DNA of 64,000 bases from an uncultured Acidobacteriota bacterium (GCA_963804995.1 CAWDSK010000005.1:1254457-1318456); one strand, 5' to 3'. Positions 52,110 through 62,077 are shown, counted from the stretch's first letter. A program made the numbers and translations. The notes: generated from the letters alone by a model not told the origin.

Positions 52110-52184
52110 CGGGATGTGGGGTAACGGGAGACCACCTGTCTTGGGGACAGGGCGGTGGAGGTTCAAATCCTCCCATCCCGACCA
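52110..52184 (+). tRNA. tRNA-Pro(TGG)
   Basis: C1; CCTGT-CT-TGG-GG-ACAGG. Confidence 0.87.
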
Positions 52185-52190
52185 GGTTGA

Positions 52191-52266
52191 CGGGAAGTGG
52201 CCTAGTGCTCAAGGCGCCGGTTTCGGGTGCCGGAGATCGCGGGTTGAAATCCCGCCTTCCCGACCA
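52191..52266 (+). tRNA. tRNA-Pro(CGG)
   Basis: CCGGT-TT-CGG-GT-GCCGG. Confidence 0.85.
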
Positions 52267-52272
52267 GATTAT

Positions 52273-52350
52273 TGCGGGCGAGTGGAACGGACAACCACGC
52301 GAGCCTCATAAGCTCGAAGATAACGGGTTCGACTCCCGTGCCCGCTACCA
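52273..52350 (+). tRNA. tRNA-Met(CAT), initiator-like (U1:U72 mismatch)
   Basis: CGAGC-CT-CAT-AA-GCTCG. Confidence 0.8.
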
Positions 52351-52355
52351 AGTTT

Positions 52356-52427
52356 GTCCTCATCGTCTAGCGGCCAGGATGCTTGGTTCTCAGCCAAGTG
52401 ACGCGGGTTCGAGTCCCGCTGGGGATG
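52356..52427 (+). tRNA. tRNA-Glu(CTC), CCA not encoded
   Basis: CTTGG-TT-CTC-AG-CCAAG. Confidence 0.88.
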
Positions 52428-52428
52428 C

Positions 52429-52505
52429 GGGGGCGTGGAGGAGTGGGAGTCCTCGCGGCACTGTCAATGCCGAGAACGCCGGTTCAAGTCCGGTCGTCCC
52501 CGCCA
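52429..52505 (+). tRNA. tRNA-Asp(GTC)
   Basis: CGGCA-CT-GTC-AA-TGCCG; G73. Confidence 0.9.
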
Positions 52506-52513
52506 AGTTTTGT

Positions 52514-52587
52514 GGCCTGTTCGTCTATCGGAAGGATGGCTGATTTTCAATCAGTCGAGGCGGGTTCGACTCCCGCACAGGCTACCA
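52514..52587 (+). tRNA. tRNA-Glu(TTC)
   Basis: GCTGA-TT-TTC-AA-TCAGT. Confidence 0.88.
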
Positions 52588-52597
52588 AAGGAGCGCT

Positions 52598-53800
52598 ATG
52601 CAAATCATCGACAACATTCCGGTGTGGGGAACCCAGGTTGACGAAGGTGCCTTGAAGCAAATCCGCACCTGCTACTGGATCTTCGGGCAGGCCGCGATGA
52701 TGGCCGATCACCACAAGGGCTACGGTGTTCCGATCGGCGGCGTCATTGCGCACGAATACTTAATCAGCCCCTCTGGTGTCGGTTATGACATCGGCTGCGG
52801 CAACAAAGCAGTGCTGACGGATGCCGACGCACACGACGTGCGTGCCAACATCGCCCGCATCATGGATGATGTTTGGTCAACGGTCAGCTTCGGGATCGGG
52901 CGCAAGAACCGCGAGGACGTTGACCACGAACTTTTCGAGAACGACGACGCTTGGCAGATTACCCAAGGGGCCAACAGCGCAGCATGGAAACTCACATCGC
53001 TGCGGGATATGGCTCGTGCTCAGCTTGGTACAGTTGGAAGTGGGAACCACTACGTGGACATTCTGCAGGACGAGCAGGAGCGAATTTGGGTTGGGGTTCA
53101 TTTTGGCTCCCGTGGTTTTGGCCACAAGATCGCCACGCGGTTTTTGAATCGAGCCGGCGCGAAGGACGATATGGACTCGGCTCCCGTTGCGCTTGATGCT
53201 CGAACTCAGGAAGGGCAGGACTATATCGCCGCGATGAAGCTGGCTGGCCGGTATGCCTACGCTGGCCGTGATTGGGTGTGCGATCGAGTGGTGAAAATTC
53301 TTGGCGCAAAGGCACTCGACTCAGTTCACAACCATCACAATTTTGCGTGGCAGGAGACGCACGGCGGAAAGTCGCTCTGGGTCGTTCGCAAAGGTGCAAC
53401 GCCAGCATTTCCTGGTCAGCGCGGATTTGTCGGCGGCACGATGGGCGAAAACTCCGTGATTCTGGAAGGCGTCGAGAACGACGATGCTTCACTGTCTCTC
53501 TACTCAACGATCCACGGTGCCGGTCGCGTCATGGGCCGGATGGAGGCCAAGGGCAAGCGGGACAAGGCAACCGGTGAGTGGAAGCGCCAGCCGAAGGTTA
53601 CCCAGGAGATGATGGACACCTGGGTGGGTGAAGCCAAGGTTGAACTGCGCGGTGGCGGAGTTGACGAATCGCCGCACTGCTATAAGCGATTACCGGAAGT
53701 CCTGGCCGAGCACTCCGCGTCGGTGCGAGTCCTGCACACGCTCAAGCCGCTCGGTGTTGCGATGGCTGGAAAAAACGAGTTCGATCCATTCAAAGACTGA
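52598..53800 (+). CDS. rtcB: RtcB RNA 2',3'-cyclic phosphate/5'-OH ligase
   Basis: GVGYDIGCG, QLGTVGSGNHY, HFGSRG, HNHHN, HGAGR, DESP..YK; AAGGAG RBS. Confidence 0.95.
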   Translation: MQIIDNIPVWGTQVDEGALKQIRTCYWIFGQAAMMADHHKGYGVPIGGVIAHEYLISPSGVGYDIGCGNKAVLTDADAHDVRANIARIMDDVWSTVSFGIGRKNREDVDHELFENDDAWQITQGANSAAWKLTSLRDMARAQLGTVGSGNHYVDILQDEQERIWVGVHFGSRGFGHKIATRFLNRAGAKDDMDSAPVALDARTQEGQDYIAAMKLAGRYAYAGRDWVCDRVVKILGAKALDSVHNHHNFAWQETHGGKSLWVVRKGATPAFPGQRGFVGGTMGENSVILEGVENDDASLSLYSTIHGAGRVMGRMEAKGKRDKATGEWKRQPKVTQEMMDTWVGEAKVELRGGGVDESPHCYKRLPEVLAEHSASVRVLHTLKPLGVAMAGKNEFDPFKD

Positions 53801-53876
53801 GGGAGCGTCGTCCAATCGCATAGGGCACCCGCCTTCTAAGCGGTGAATCCGGGTTGAAGTCCCGGCGCTCCTCCCA
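53801..53876 (+). tRNA. tRNA-Arg(TCT)
   Basis: CCGC-CT-TCT-AA-GCGG; begins directly after the rtcB stop. Confidence 0.8.
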
Positions 53877-53893
53877 AGCCTCGAAGAGGTTTT

Positions 53894-54436
53894 ATGTCCG
53901 ACACTCTCGTTCTCAACACGCTGGGTTTCCCGGTGGGCTTTGTCTCCTGGCAGCGGGCTATCAATTTGCAATGGCAGGACCGCGCCGTGGTGGTCACGGA
54001 AGATGCGAAGCGCATCCTCCGCTCGCCGTCCTTCGAGATGGGGATGCCACGCGTCATCAAGCTGAGGAACCATATCAGCCGGAAGCTGCGGCTGAAGGTT
54101 CCGATGTCTCGCCGTAACATCGCGATCCGCGATAACAGCTCGTGCCAGTACTGCGGCGTGGTGCTGGAAACGGCGGAGTACACCATTGACCACGTTCTGC
54201 CCAGGGCTCGCGGCGGAAGTTCGGTCTGGACGAATCTTGCGCTTGCTTGTGTCCAGTGTAACAAGCGCAAATCGGATCGAACTCCTCAAGAGGCTGGACT
54301 TACGCTCAGGCAGAAGCCTCTGGAGCCTAACCAGTTCGACCCGAGATTCAATTTCCGGCTGCACATCCACGCGTTGCGGCCGGAATGGTCGGACTACAAG
54401 GCTTACATTTATTGGAACGTCGAGCTTGAAAAGTAG
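53894..54436 (+). CDS. HNH endonuclease (McrA-like) within the tRNA array
   Basis: TLVLN, RDNSSCQYCG, TIDHVLPRARGG..WTNLALACVQCN. Confidence 0.9.
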   Translation: MSDTLVLNTLGFPVGFVSWQRAINLQWQDRAVVVTEDAKRILRSPSFEMGMPRVIKLRNHISRKLRLKVPMSRRNIAIRDNSSCQYCGVVLETAEYTIDHVLPRARGGSSVWTNLALACVQCNKRKSDRTPQEAGLTLRQKPLEPNQFDPRFNFRLHIHALRPEWSDYKAYIYWNVELEK

Positions 54437-54438
54437 TT

Positions 54439-54514
54439 CCCCGGTGAGCAAGCGCGGTCGTTGCAATGGTCTGAAAAGCCATAGAGTCCCGTTCGACTCG
54501 GGGACCGGGGACCA
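54439..54514 (+). tRNA. tRNA-Phe(GAA)
   Basis: ATGGT-CT-GAA-AA-GCCAT. Confidence 0.82.
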
Positions 54515-54519
54515 ACCAC

Positions 54520-54593
54520 TCTGGCCTCGTCTAATGGTAGGACGGCTGACTTTGAATCAGCTAATCTTGGTTCGATTCCAGGGGCCAGAGCCA
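54520..54593 (+). tRNA. tRNA-Gln(TTG)
   Basis: GCTGA-CT-TTG-AA-TCAGC. Confidence 0.92.
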
Positions 54594-54594
54594 C

Positions 54595-54669
54595 TGCGAG
54601 ATCGTTTAATGGGTAGGACTCCAGATTCTGAATCTGGCAATGCTTGTTCGAATCAAGCTCTCGCAACCA
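54595..54669 (+). tRNA. tRNA-Gln(CTG)
   Basis: CCAGA-TT-CTG-AA-TCTGG. Confidence 0.9.
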
Positions 54670-55098
54670 GGAAACCAGGAATCCGGAAGGAAACCGGGAA
54701 ACCGGGGGCGTTTACGAGAGTGCCTGGCCCCGGCATCAGAACATAACCGCCGAGCAGAAACCCCAGCCGCTACCGGGAAGCCTTCAAAACGTCGATCAGC
54801 AGCGCGTCCTCTGATTCATGGAATCGCTTGATCTTGGGGCGAAGGTTCACGCAGACGAAGAAAATGCAGTCGGTAACACGCAGCCGATGAACGTTGGACA
54901 CGCCGGCAGGTTAACACCACGTCCCCGTACCTTCAAGGAAGAACCCACGCAGAAAAGCGCTGACCGTGAAGTTACGAGCTCTACGACGCTTGTTTCAGGG
55001 CATCAAGAATCGGCAGAATCGCGCCCCAGTATTGGAACAGATCCTGCCCTCCGGTTTTTGTCACGGGATGCTCGCTCCTCTGCTTGCGGGGGCGGCGG

Positions 55099-56199
55099 TT
55101 ACTTTCCCGACCGCAGGATTTTCTCCACCGTGGGCTTCAGATCAGGAAGCATGGGCCCCTCCAGCCCATGAGAGAATGCTGTATGGAATGCCCGCGACTT
55201 CGCTTTAATGGTCGCGTACCGCCGGTACACTCGCTCCTCGAAGGGTAGGTTGCCATCTTCCACTTCCTCTTCTTGCTGCCAGGTGTCGAAGATGGATTGC
55301 TCGTCGAGCTCTGGCAACGACTCAAACCATTCAAGCTGAGAAAGCGGCGGATCTCGCTTCTGGTAGTGTGAGCGGAGGGTATTAATCTCGTCTGGGCCCA
55401 GCGCTTTCCGAAGCGGGAGGAAGTTGGATTGGTCAAAGAGCACCCCGACAGGTGGGCTGAATCCAAATTTCCGATGCAGCGCCACAGGAAAGAGGGAAAT
55501 CGGGCTGTTGTTCACTGCAACGTCGAGGATGGCCCGAACAGTAGGATGGACCAGGCTTACCCAATACCGAGTCTGAGGCCCATTTGGCACGTTTAGATTC
55601 GTTCCGCGTATTGCGGTGACAGCCTCCTTGATCAGCGGCTTGTGTGAGTATGAACATAGCCGTCTGTAAATATTCTCGAAATCCCTCTTCTTTATCGCGA
55701 CGCCCGGCACTTCAAGGGCACGAAAGATTTCGTTAATCACGCCCCTGAATGGTGGCGAATCCTTTTTCCCATCGAGCCACGAATAGAGCCGTTCATAGTC
55801 TTCCTCAAAGCGTAGCTTCTCCTTCCACCAGTAGTGAAAGGTGACTAGCTCCAGAGCAGAACGAAGGGCCGCAAAAGAAGCGTGGAGACAACCGTTGAGC
55901 CCCGCAAGAATTGCCTCGCGGAGCACAGCTATGCTCTCGAAGAAGAGGTAGTTTTTTTGGGTGAACCTCCCGCGCACTGGCAGGCGAACATCTTGGAGGT
56001 CTTGGAATTCTAGGATTGCCTGGCAACTCCACACCGTGTTTTTCCACTCGCGCTCCTCAGGGAAGCCCGCGGAGCCCAATAACCGACACGCGTGGTCCCC
56101 AACCTCGGAAAGTTCGTGGCGCTCGATTCCCCAAACGTCACGCATCGCGAGCTCGCCCACGGGCTCCCGAAATGTCCGTGCCAATACATGAATTTCCAT
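55099..56199 (-). CDS. Hypothetical protein (possible HEPN-like R..LE / Y..LCSYSH motifs)
   Basis: 366-aa ORF; ALRSALEL..IYRRLCSYSH. Confidence 0.55.
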   Translation of the reverse strand: MEIHVLARTFREPVGELAMRDVWGIERHELSEVGDHACRLLGSAGFPEEREWKNTVWSCQAILEFQDLQDVRLPVRGRFTQKNYLFFESIAVLREAILAGLNGCLHASFAALRSALELVTFHYWWKEKLRFEEDYERLYSWLDGKKDSPPFRGVINEIFRALEVPGVAIKKRDFENIYRRLCSYSHKPLIKEAVTAIRGTNLNVPNGPQTRYWVSLVHPTVRAILDVAVNNSPISLFPVALHRKFGFSPPVGVLFDQSNFLPLRKALGPDEINTLRSHYQKRDPPLSQLEWFESLPELDEQSIFDTWQQEEEVEDGNLPFEERVYRRYATIKAKSRAFHTAFSHGLEGPMLPDLKPTVEKILRSGK

Positions 56200-56381
56200 A
56201 TACTATTGCCTCCCAGGGATGTCCGAACGTTTGTTCGTGATCCGCACCAATGCCGTCATTCTCCCCGCAGACGATCCTTCTGCTTGCCGTTCTAGTCACT
56301 CATGACCGTCGACCGCGCGCAGTGGACCCTGTCGTTCCGATTGTCGGATGCGCAACTGGGAACGGAGTAGCTGGTAGCCAG

Positions 56382-56948
56382 TCAACGCTGTTGCCCGGTT
56401 GCCGGCGCTGGTTGCTTCCCAGCCTGCCTAATCTGTGCCAGGACCCAGAGCGCATGTCGCGATTGGACCGACCCTGCTGCCTCAGCGAAACCGGCAACTT
56501 GTTGTTCAAAGCTCTGATCGGAGACAAATGGCGCTAAGCGGCAATACCAACGAAATTCTCGCGGCGTTTCCTGTCCCTGAATTCGAGCAATGATGACTTG
56601 TTGCAGCCTGTTGCGTTGATCTCCATTAAGAGAAGCTTGGCGCAGAGGCTTGATCATGTCCGCCTTGAGATACCCCGACCGGAAGAACCAAGGATCGGCT
56701 TCAAGAAACTGCACCACCAGCTCAATCGTGCCGGGATCCTTCTTCGCCAGGAGAGACATTGCTCTCCCGAGCCCTCCGGGAAAAGCGAGGTTATCGTACC
56801 GAAGGTGAAACTGCAGGCACGCCTCTTCCCAAGCCTTCCTGTTACGAGCCTTCCGGCGTTTATCGCCTTCATTGCGACGGGCGAATGTGGCGTGGACTGC
56901 ATCGTCCAAGTCCTGGATTTGAGCCGCATTTGATTTAAATACGTTCAT
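56382..56948 (-). CDS. Hypothetical protein
   Basis: 188-aa ORF with GAGG before the ATG. Confidence 0.55.
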   Translation of the reverse strand: MNVFKSNAAQIQDLDDAVHATFARRNEGDKRRKARNRKAWEEACLQFHLRYDNLAFPGGLGRAMSLLAKKDPGTIELVVQFLEADPWFFRSGYLKADMIKPLRQASLNGDQRNRLQQVIIARIQGQETPREFRWYCRLAPFVSDQSFEQQVAGFAEAAGSVQSRHALWVLAQIRQAGKQPAPATGQQR

Positions 56949-57225
56949 CCTCGAAATCGCTTTTCTCTAACTCACACCCCTAAACGCTTCATTCACGGTA
57001 GACGCTAACGCGACTGTAGCCGTTCACCTCGCGTACGTCGAACCGGACCCGCAAGAATTGCTGGATGACCTGCATGTTCGTTTTGGCATGCATGTTCATT
57101 GCTACGGACGGTTGGGCGCTTTGACTGGTTTTTCATTGTGGCACTCCCCGGCCCCGGTTCATCGAAGAAGGCCGAATCTCTAATCTTAATTCCATATCAG
57201 AGTCTGTCAAAGAAAGGAAATTTGG

Positions 57226-58259
57226 ATGCGCTGGGCTGGGCGTATACGCATGGGCTATTTTCCGCTACCACTTTCCGAAGCGGAGCGGATTCGCAGATTT
57301 CTCATGTTTCCAGATCAACTCTCGTCGGCGCTAGATCCCTGCGTCGGCGACGGAGGGGCTTTCGAGGTCATACCAGCAGCGCCCAGGTGCTTCGCTATGG
57401 CATTGAGCTTGATGCATACCGCGCCGAGCAGGCCAGGGAGCGGATTGCCAACGTGCTCCAGGCCAATACATTAGAGGTGCAATGCCCGGTCGAAAGCTAC
57501 TCCCTCGGATTCTTCAATCCCCCTTATGATTGGACCCTAGAAGCTCCAGCAGAAGGTCGTAGCGGTCGCGTCGAGCAGGTTTTCCTGAGCCACACTTTTC
57601 GTTGGCTGAAGCCGGGCGGGGTTCTGGTACTCGTGATTCCCGGAGAAAGACTCGCCGACTGTGGCCAAATTCTCGTCTCACAGTTTCGTGACGTTCGGAT
57701 CTATCGGTTGGAAGCGCCTGAGTGCGTGCGGTACAAGCAGGTGGTAGTCCTTGGCTTGCGGCGGGATCGCCGCGAGCGGCAGCGTATGCATGACTCGGAC
57801 ATCACCTGTGGGCGGCTCCAACTCGCCAGCCTGGCAAGAAACGCCGCACAGCTTCCCGTCCTGCCTGCTGAACCCGATGCGCAATATGGCGTGCCACCGG
57901 GCGGGCCAGTCCAGCTTGCTTCTCGCGGACTCCCCCTTGATGAAATCGAGGACCTGCTGCCGCAATCGGCCGCTTACCGCCAGGCAGGCCGCATCCTCTT
58001 TGCCGATCAGCGCTCCACTTCGGGGCGACCACTCACTCCTCTTCACGGCGGCCACACGGCGTTACTGGCCGTGAGCTCTTTGTTGGATGGGATCTTTGGG
58101 TCAGAAAATGATCGACATCTGGCTGCGTGGCATTCGGTAAAGGTCGTAGACAAGAATGAGGAAGAGGAAGATGGCGTCGTAACGATCACCGAGCGCGAAC
58201 ATTTTTCGAATGAATTGACGCTCATTTTTGAAAGCGGCCATGTTGCCACGCTCAAATGA
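57226..58259 (+). pseudogene. SAM-dependent DNA methyltransferase (DUF6094-like), frameshifted near 57371
   Basis: GYFP..LDPCVGDG in one frame; YGIELD..NPPY..LKPGGVL in the next. Confidence 0.75.
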
Positions 58260-58403
58260 TTCCGCCGCAAACGCTGCTTCCCACCTCAGGCGAGTTTCAA
58301 AACCTGAGAGAAAGGAGGTGCAATAGGCCTCGGCCACAGGAGGTGGTGGTCGAGGCTTCTACTATGCGCGCAGTGCGCGCCGGAAAGTTGCGGAAGGAGG
58401 CCC

Positions 58404-59156
58404 ATGAGAAACGCGCATGGGCGCTTCGGGATTCTTGAATTCACGAAGCGGATGAAAGACACTACTACTCACATCCGGCTGCGCCTGGACCGGCTCGTTT
58501 GTGAGGCCGAAAAGGAGAGGTCGAAGATTCACATCCTTTCGGTTCTTGGTGGGGACTCGGACGTGGGCGCCATCTGGGCAGCTATCAAGGAAGAGAGTTA
58601 CTTCACGGTCCAGGGTCCGGGGATTGATCCGATAACCGGCAGTCTGGGCGCCGACGCACAGTGTTTTCGCGGGACGATCACCATCGCTGGTCGAAGGCCG
58701 ATTCGGCACCTGGTTGCCCTCTCTGCCGAGGTGGCAAAGACCCGGCCGGGAGCCGACCGGGAAGGCAACCGCACGGTGCTATGCGACGACGATCCGACGT
58801 TTGTGCTGTATCGCGTCGCGCAACGGTTCGGGCTGCCGGTGGTACCGGAATGGGCCGACTGGTTCAACGCGGAACTCAACCGGCGAGGGGCGGTCAGGCC
58901 GTTGTTTGGACTGGGGTGCTCGCCAGTCCTGGTGTCCGGCACGAAGAAGAGTTTTCTGAAATGGATCGGAAGGGCGCTTCGACGGAAACAAATCCAGTTC
59001 CCCGATGAAAATGGCCCGGTCCGCTGGACTCAAACCAACAGCTTCTTCCCAGTTGGGGAGACTGATTTGGAGGCGGGAAGTCAGCGGGGTGAAAGCAAAG
59101 ATAGTCCCGCCATCCCAGAGGAGCGTGAGGACACGACACCATGCGAATCGCACTAA
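58404..59156 (+). CDS. Hypothetical ICE protein
   Basis: GGAGG RBS; lies in the methylase-helicase module. Confidence 0.65.
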   Translation: MRNAHGRFGILEFTKRMKDTTTHIRLRLDRLVCEAEKERSKIHILSVLGGDSDVGAIWAAIKEESYFTVQGPGIDPITGSLGADAQCFRGTITIAGRRPIRHLVALSAEVAKTRPGADREGNRTVLCDDDPTFVLYRVAQRFGLPVVPEWADWFNAELNRRGAVRPLFGLGCSPVLVSGTKKSFLKWIGRALRRKQIQFPDENGPVRWTQTNSFFPVGETDLEAGSQRGESKDSPAIPEEREDTTPCESH

Positions 59157-59617
59157 AGGTTACCAGTAGTAACGAGAACTGCAACGGAGGGTGCGAATTC
59201 GCCCTCGTGGACCTAAATTCGGAGCTTGCTTCGCTCGCATTGAGAAGGATTGCGGTGCTCAGAGAACAGAAGAACCTCGACCCCGACATCGACGAAACCT
59301 ACTTTTGGGCTTACTTTGTGGAATGCTACTTCGATCCTTGGGCTGAGTCGTCGGATGACGTGAAGGAGAGTGACGGCGCGAGTTCCGCGGTGACGGACAT
59401 ACTCAACGATCTCGATATCGAACTTGATGAAGTCGTCTGTGTGCCCGAGAATTTCCAGGTACCACCCAGTCAGTGTGCCATCGTCGAGTGCGAGCAGATG
59501 GTAGTTTCGGCGGATTCTATTTCGTTCACGGCCATCCCGAGACATGCCAGCCTTCGCGTCGCAACAGCAGAAATTCCGATCACCATGCTCGAAACGGCGG
59601 CAGCGCCAGCGCGTTAA
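59141..59617 (+). CDS. Hypothetical acidic protein
   Basis: 158-aa ORF overlapping the upstream stop. Confidence 0.55.
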   Translation: MRIALKVTSSNENCNGGCEFALVDLNSELASLALRRIAVLREQKNLDPDIDETYFWAYFVECYFDPWAESSDDVKESDGASSAVTDILNDLDIELDEVVCVPENFQVPPSQCAIVECEQMVVSADSISFTAIPRHASLRVATAEIPITMLETAAAPAR

Positions 59618-59722
59618 TCACTCTCGTCCGACGTTTCTCCATTACCCCCTCGTCCTCACCTGCCTATAACACACCCACCCCCGCAATCCTTCATTTGACG
59701 TAACTCGAAACGGAGGAGACCA

Positions 59723-62077
59723 ATGCCCGTACCAGACAGCATCTCCGACTACCTCAGAATGTATGCCACGGAACTTGGGAATAGAATCCTGCAGTCTTTT
59801 CCGCCCCTGCACGCTGTTGACGACCCGCCATCACCCCTGATCAGCAAGCTGCTTCGCAAACCTTTCCTCGCACAGACTTTGGCCATAATGGGATTGACCC
59901 GGGTTTGGCAGCAGGCGCGTGCTGGTGCCGTGATTGCGGAATGCGGCACAGGCAAAACCCTTATCTCGCTTGGCGCCGTGCACACACATTCCGAAGGCCG
60001 GCCATACACAGCCCTGGTAATGGCCCCAGGCCACGTTACGGAGAAGTGGTGCAGAGAAGCGCTGTTGACGCTTCCTCGCGTGCGCGTGTTCATGATCGAT
60101 TCCCTGCGTAACGCTACGAACGGCGTGAGCCGTCATGGGGTGAACGAAGTGAAACTGCGCAACGGCCGGATCGTTCGTGAGGGCTTGCACACAAGTTTGA
60201 CCGAATTGCGCCTGCGTAAGAACTCTCCCTCGGCGCGCAAGCGTTGGGCATCGATCTGCTCCTGTCCATCGGTATTCGTGATCGGGCGAGACCGGGCGAA
60301 GCTCGGATTCTTCTGGCGTCACGCCTACCAGATTGCTCGCAGCGGCCGCTATCAAGGCAGTCTCGTGAATCCCGATAGTGGCGAGCCTGTCTTCCTGGGT
60401 GAAGATGGAGAGCGTCTGTTGGCCATGGACTTCAAAAAGGCGAAGCTCAGCGAAGTGCTGGGCCGCGGAGAAGGAGCCAACCACGCGCGTCGGCCGCTGT
60501 ACAGTCCCCTCTGGCAGGCGGATGGTACCAAGACGCGACGGTTTGCGCCAATCGAGTTCATCGGACGGCACATGCCGGGTTTCTTTGACTACGCCATAGG
60601 CGACGAGGTCCACGAACTGAAAGGAGGAGACACGGCTCAGGGCAACGCGCTAGGGACACTCGCCAACTGTGCTGGGCGCATCGCCGTGCTGACTGGCACA
60701 CTCTTGGGCGGCTACGCGTCGGATTTGTTCAATATCCTGTTTCGCCTGGGACCTTCACGGATGTTGGAAGAGGGTTTCGAGCACGGTGAGGCTGGCGTTC
60801 GGGCGTTTACCGAAACTTACGGTTTGCTTGAGAAGATTACCGTGATCGAGCCCGCCGACAACGCTTGTTCAGATGCGCGCGTAACCACGCGTGTCCGCCA
60901 CCGGCCGGGTGCGTCGCCGCTGCTTTTCGGCCGTCACCTGATGAGTCTCGGCGCTTTCGTATCGCTTGAGGACATTTCCGACGCCCTTCCGCCCTATCAC
61001 GAAGATGTCGTCGCAGTCGAAATGGATCAGCCGCTAAAGGAAGCGTACGAGGAGTTGGAACGGGACATTAAGGAGGCGATGCGCGAGCACCGCGGCAACC
61101 AGTCAATCATCAGCGTCGCGTTGAATGCGCTGCTGGCCTACCCTGATCGACCCTACGGATTCGGAGACCTGATGGGGCGTGAGTTCAATCCCGAAACTGG
61201 GCGGCGCGAATCGTTTCTGATCTCGGCGACGCGAGACCTGAATGAGAACTGCATCTACGCCAAGGAACGGCGACTCTTGGAAGAAATCCGAGCTTCACTC
61301 AACCTCGGAAGAAATGTCCAGGTGTATGCGGTTTACACGCAGAAGCGAGATGTGACCCGCCGGCTGGAAAGCATCCTGGCGAAAGAAGGGATCCGGGTAG
61401 CGGTGCTCACGACACAAGTGGCGCCGGAGGAGCGCGAAGCCTGGTACGAGCGGCAGTTGCGCTCCGGGGTTCAGGTGGTAGTGGGACATCCACGCCTCAC
61501 ACAAACTGGCCTAGACTTGTGGGCTTTACCTGATATTTTCTTTTATGAGACGGGCTATTCCATTTACACCCTGCGGCAGGCGAGCCGACGGTCGTGGAGG
61601 ATTGGGCAGCGCAACAACGTAAACGTCAAATTCTTCTATTACGCCGGAACCATGCAAGAGGCGTGCGTGCGGTTGATGGGCAAGAAACTACTGGTTTCAT
61701 TGGCGATGGAAGGGAAGTTCGCAAGCGAGGGCCTGCAAGCGACCGACGAAGGCGATGACATCCTGATGGCGATGGCGCGGGAGCTTGTTACAGAAAAAGG
61801 GATCGGCGAATCTGCCGATGCCGTGTGGAAAACGTTGCAAAAGCAGCAGGCGGAAGTGTTCGGAGTCCGTCCCGTCGAAACCTTCCCACCGGCAGTTGAG
61901 GCAGAACCTTCGACTGAAGATGCGCCGGAACTCATTATTCCACCGCCAGCACCGATCTCGGAAGTTGTGACGCAACTCCTGATGTTCGGTAGTTCACTCA
62001 AAGACCTGCCCAAGCACAAACCTTCACGGCGCACGACGGCTGCTACCACCCCGTCGAATCAACTGGGCCTGTTTTGA
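59723..62077 (+). CDS. SF2/SNF2-like helicase
   Basis: ECGTGKT, DEVHE, LTGT, TGLDL, QASRRSWRIGQ. Confidence 0.88.
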   Translation: MPVPDSISDYLRMYATELGNRILQSFPPLHAVDDPPSPLISKLLRKPFLAQTLAIMGLTRVWQQARAGAVIAECGTGKTLISLGAVHTHSEGRPYTALVMAPGHVTEKWCREALLTLPRVRVFMIDSLRNATNGVSRHGVNEVKLRNGRIVREGLHTSLTELRLRKNSPSARKRWASICSCPSVFVIGRDRAKLGFFWRHAYQIARSGRYQGSLVNPDSGEPVFLGEDGERLLAMDFKKAKLSEVLGRGEGANHARRPLYSPLWQADGTKTRRFAPIEFIGRHMPGFFDYAIGDEVHELKGGDTAQGNALGTLANCAGRIAVLTGTLLGGYASDLFNILFRLGPSRMLEEGFEHGEAGVRAFTETYGLLEKITVIEPADNACSDARVTTRVRHRPGASPLLFGRHLMSLGAFVSLEDISDALPPYHEDVVAVEMDQPLKEAYEELERDIKEAMREHRGNQSIISVALNALLAYPDRPYGFGDLMGREFNPETGRRESFLISATRDLNENCIYAKERRLLEEIRASLNLGRNVQVYAVYTQKRDVTRRLESILAKEGIRVAVLTTQVAPEEREAWYERQLRSGVQVVVGHPRLTQTGLDLWALPDIFFYETGYSIYTLRQASRRSWRIGQRNNVNVKFFYYAGTMQEACVRLMGKKLLVSLAMEGKFASEGLQATDEGDDILMAMARELVTEKGIGESADAVWKTLQKQQAEVFGVRPVETFPPAVEAEPSTEDAPELIIPPPAPISEVVTQLLMFGSSLKDLPKHKPSRRTTAATTPSNQLGLF

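Noticed and set aside
50292..52655. ORF-track proteins across the tRNA array
   Set aside because: Spurious translations of tRNA genes; only the two short leader ORFs are supported
50146..54669. CRISPR array suggested by regular ~75-bp periodicity
   Set aside because: Units are cloverleaf tRNAs; there are no identical repeats and no cas genes
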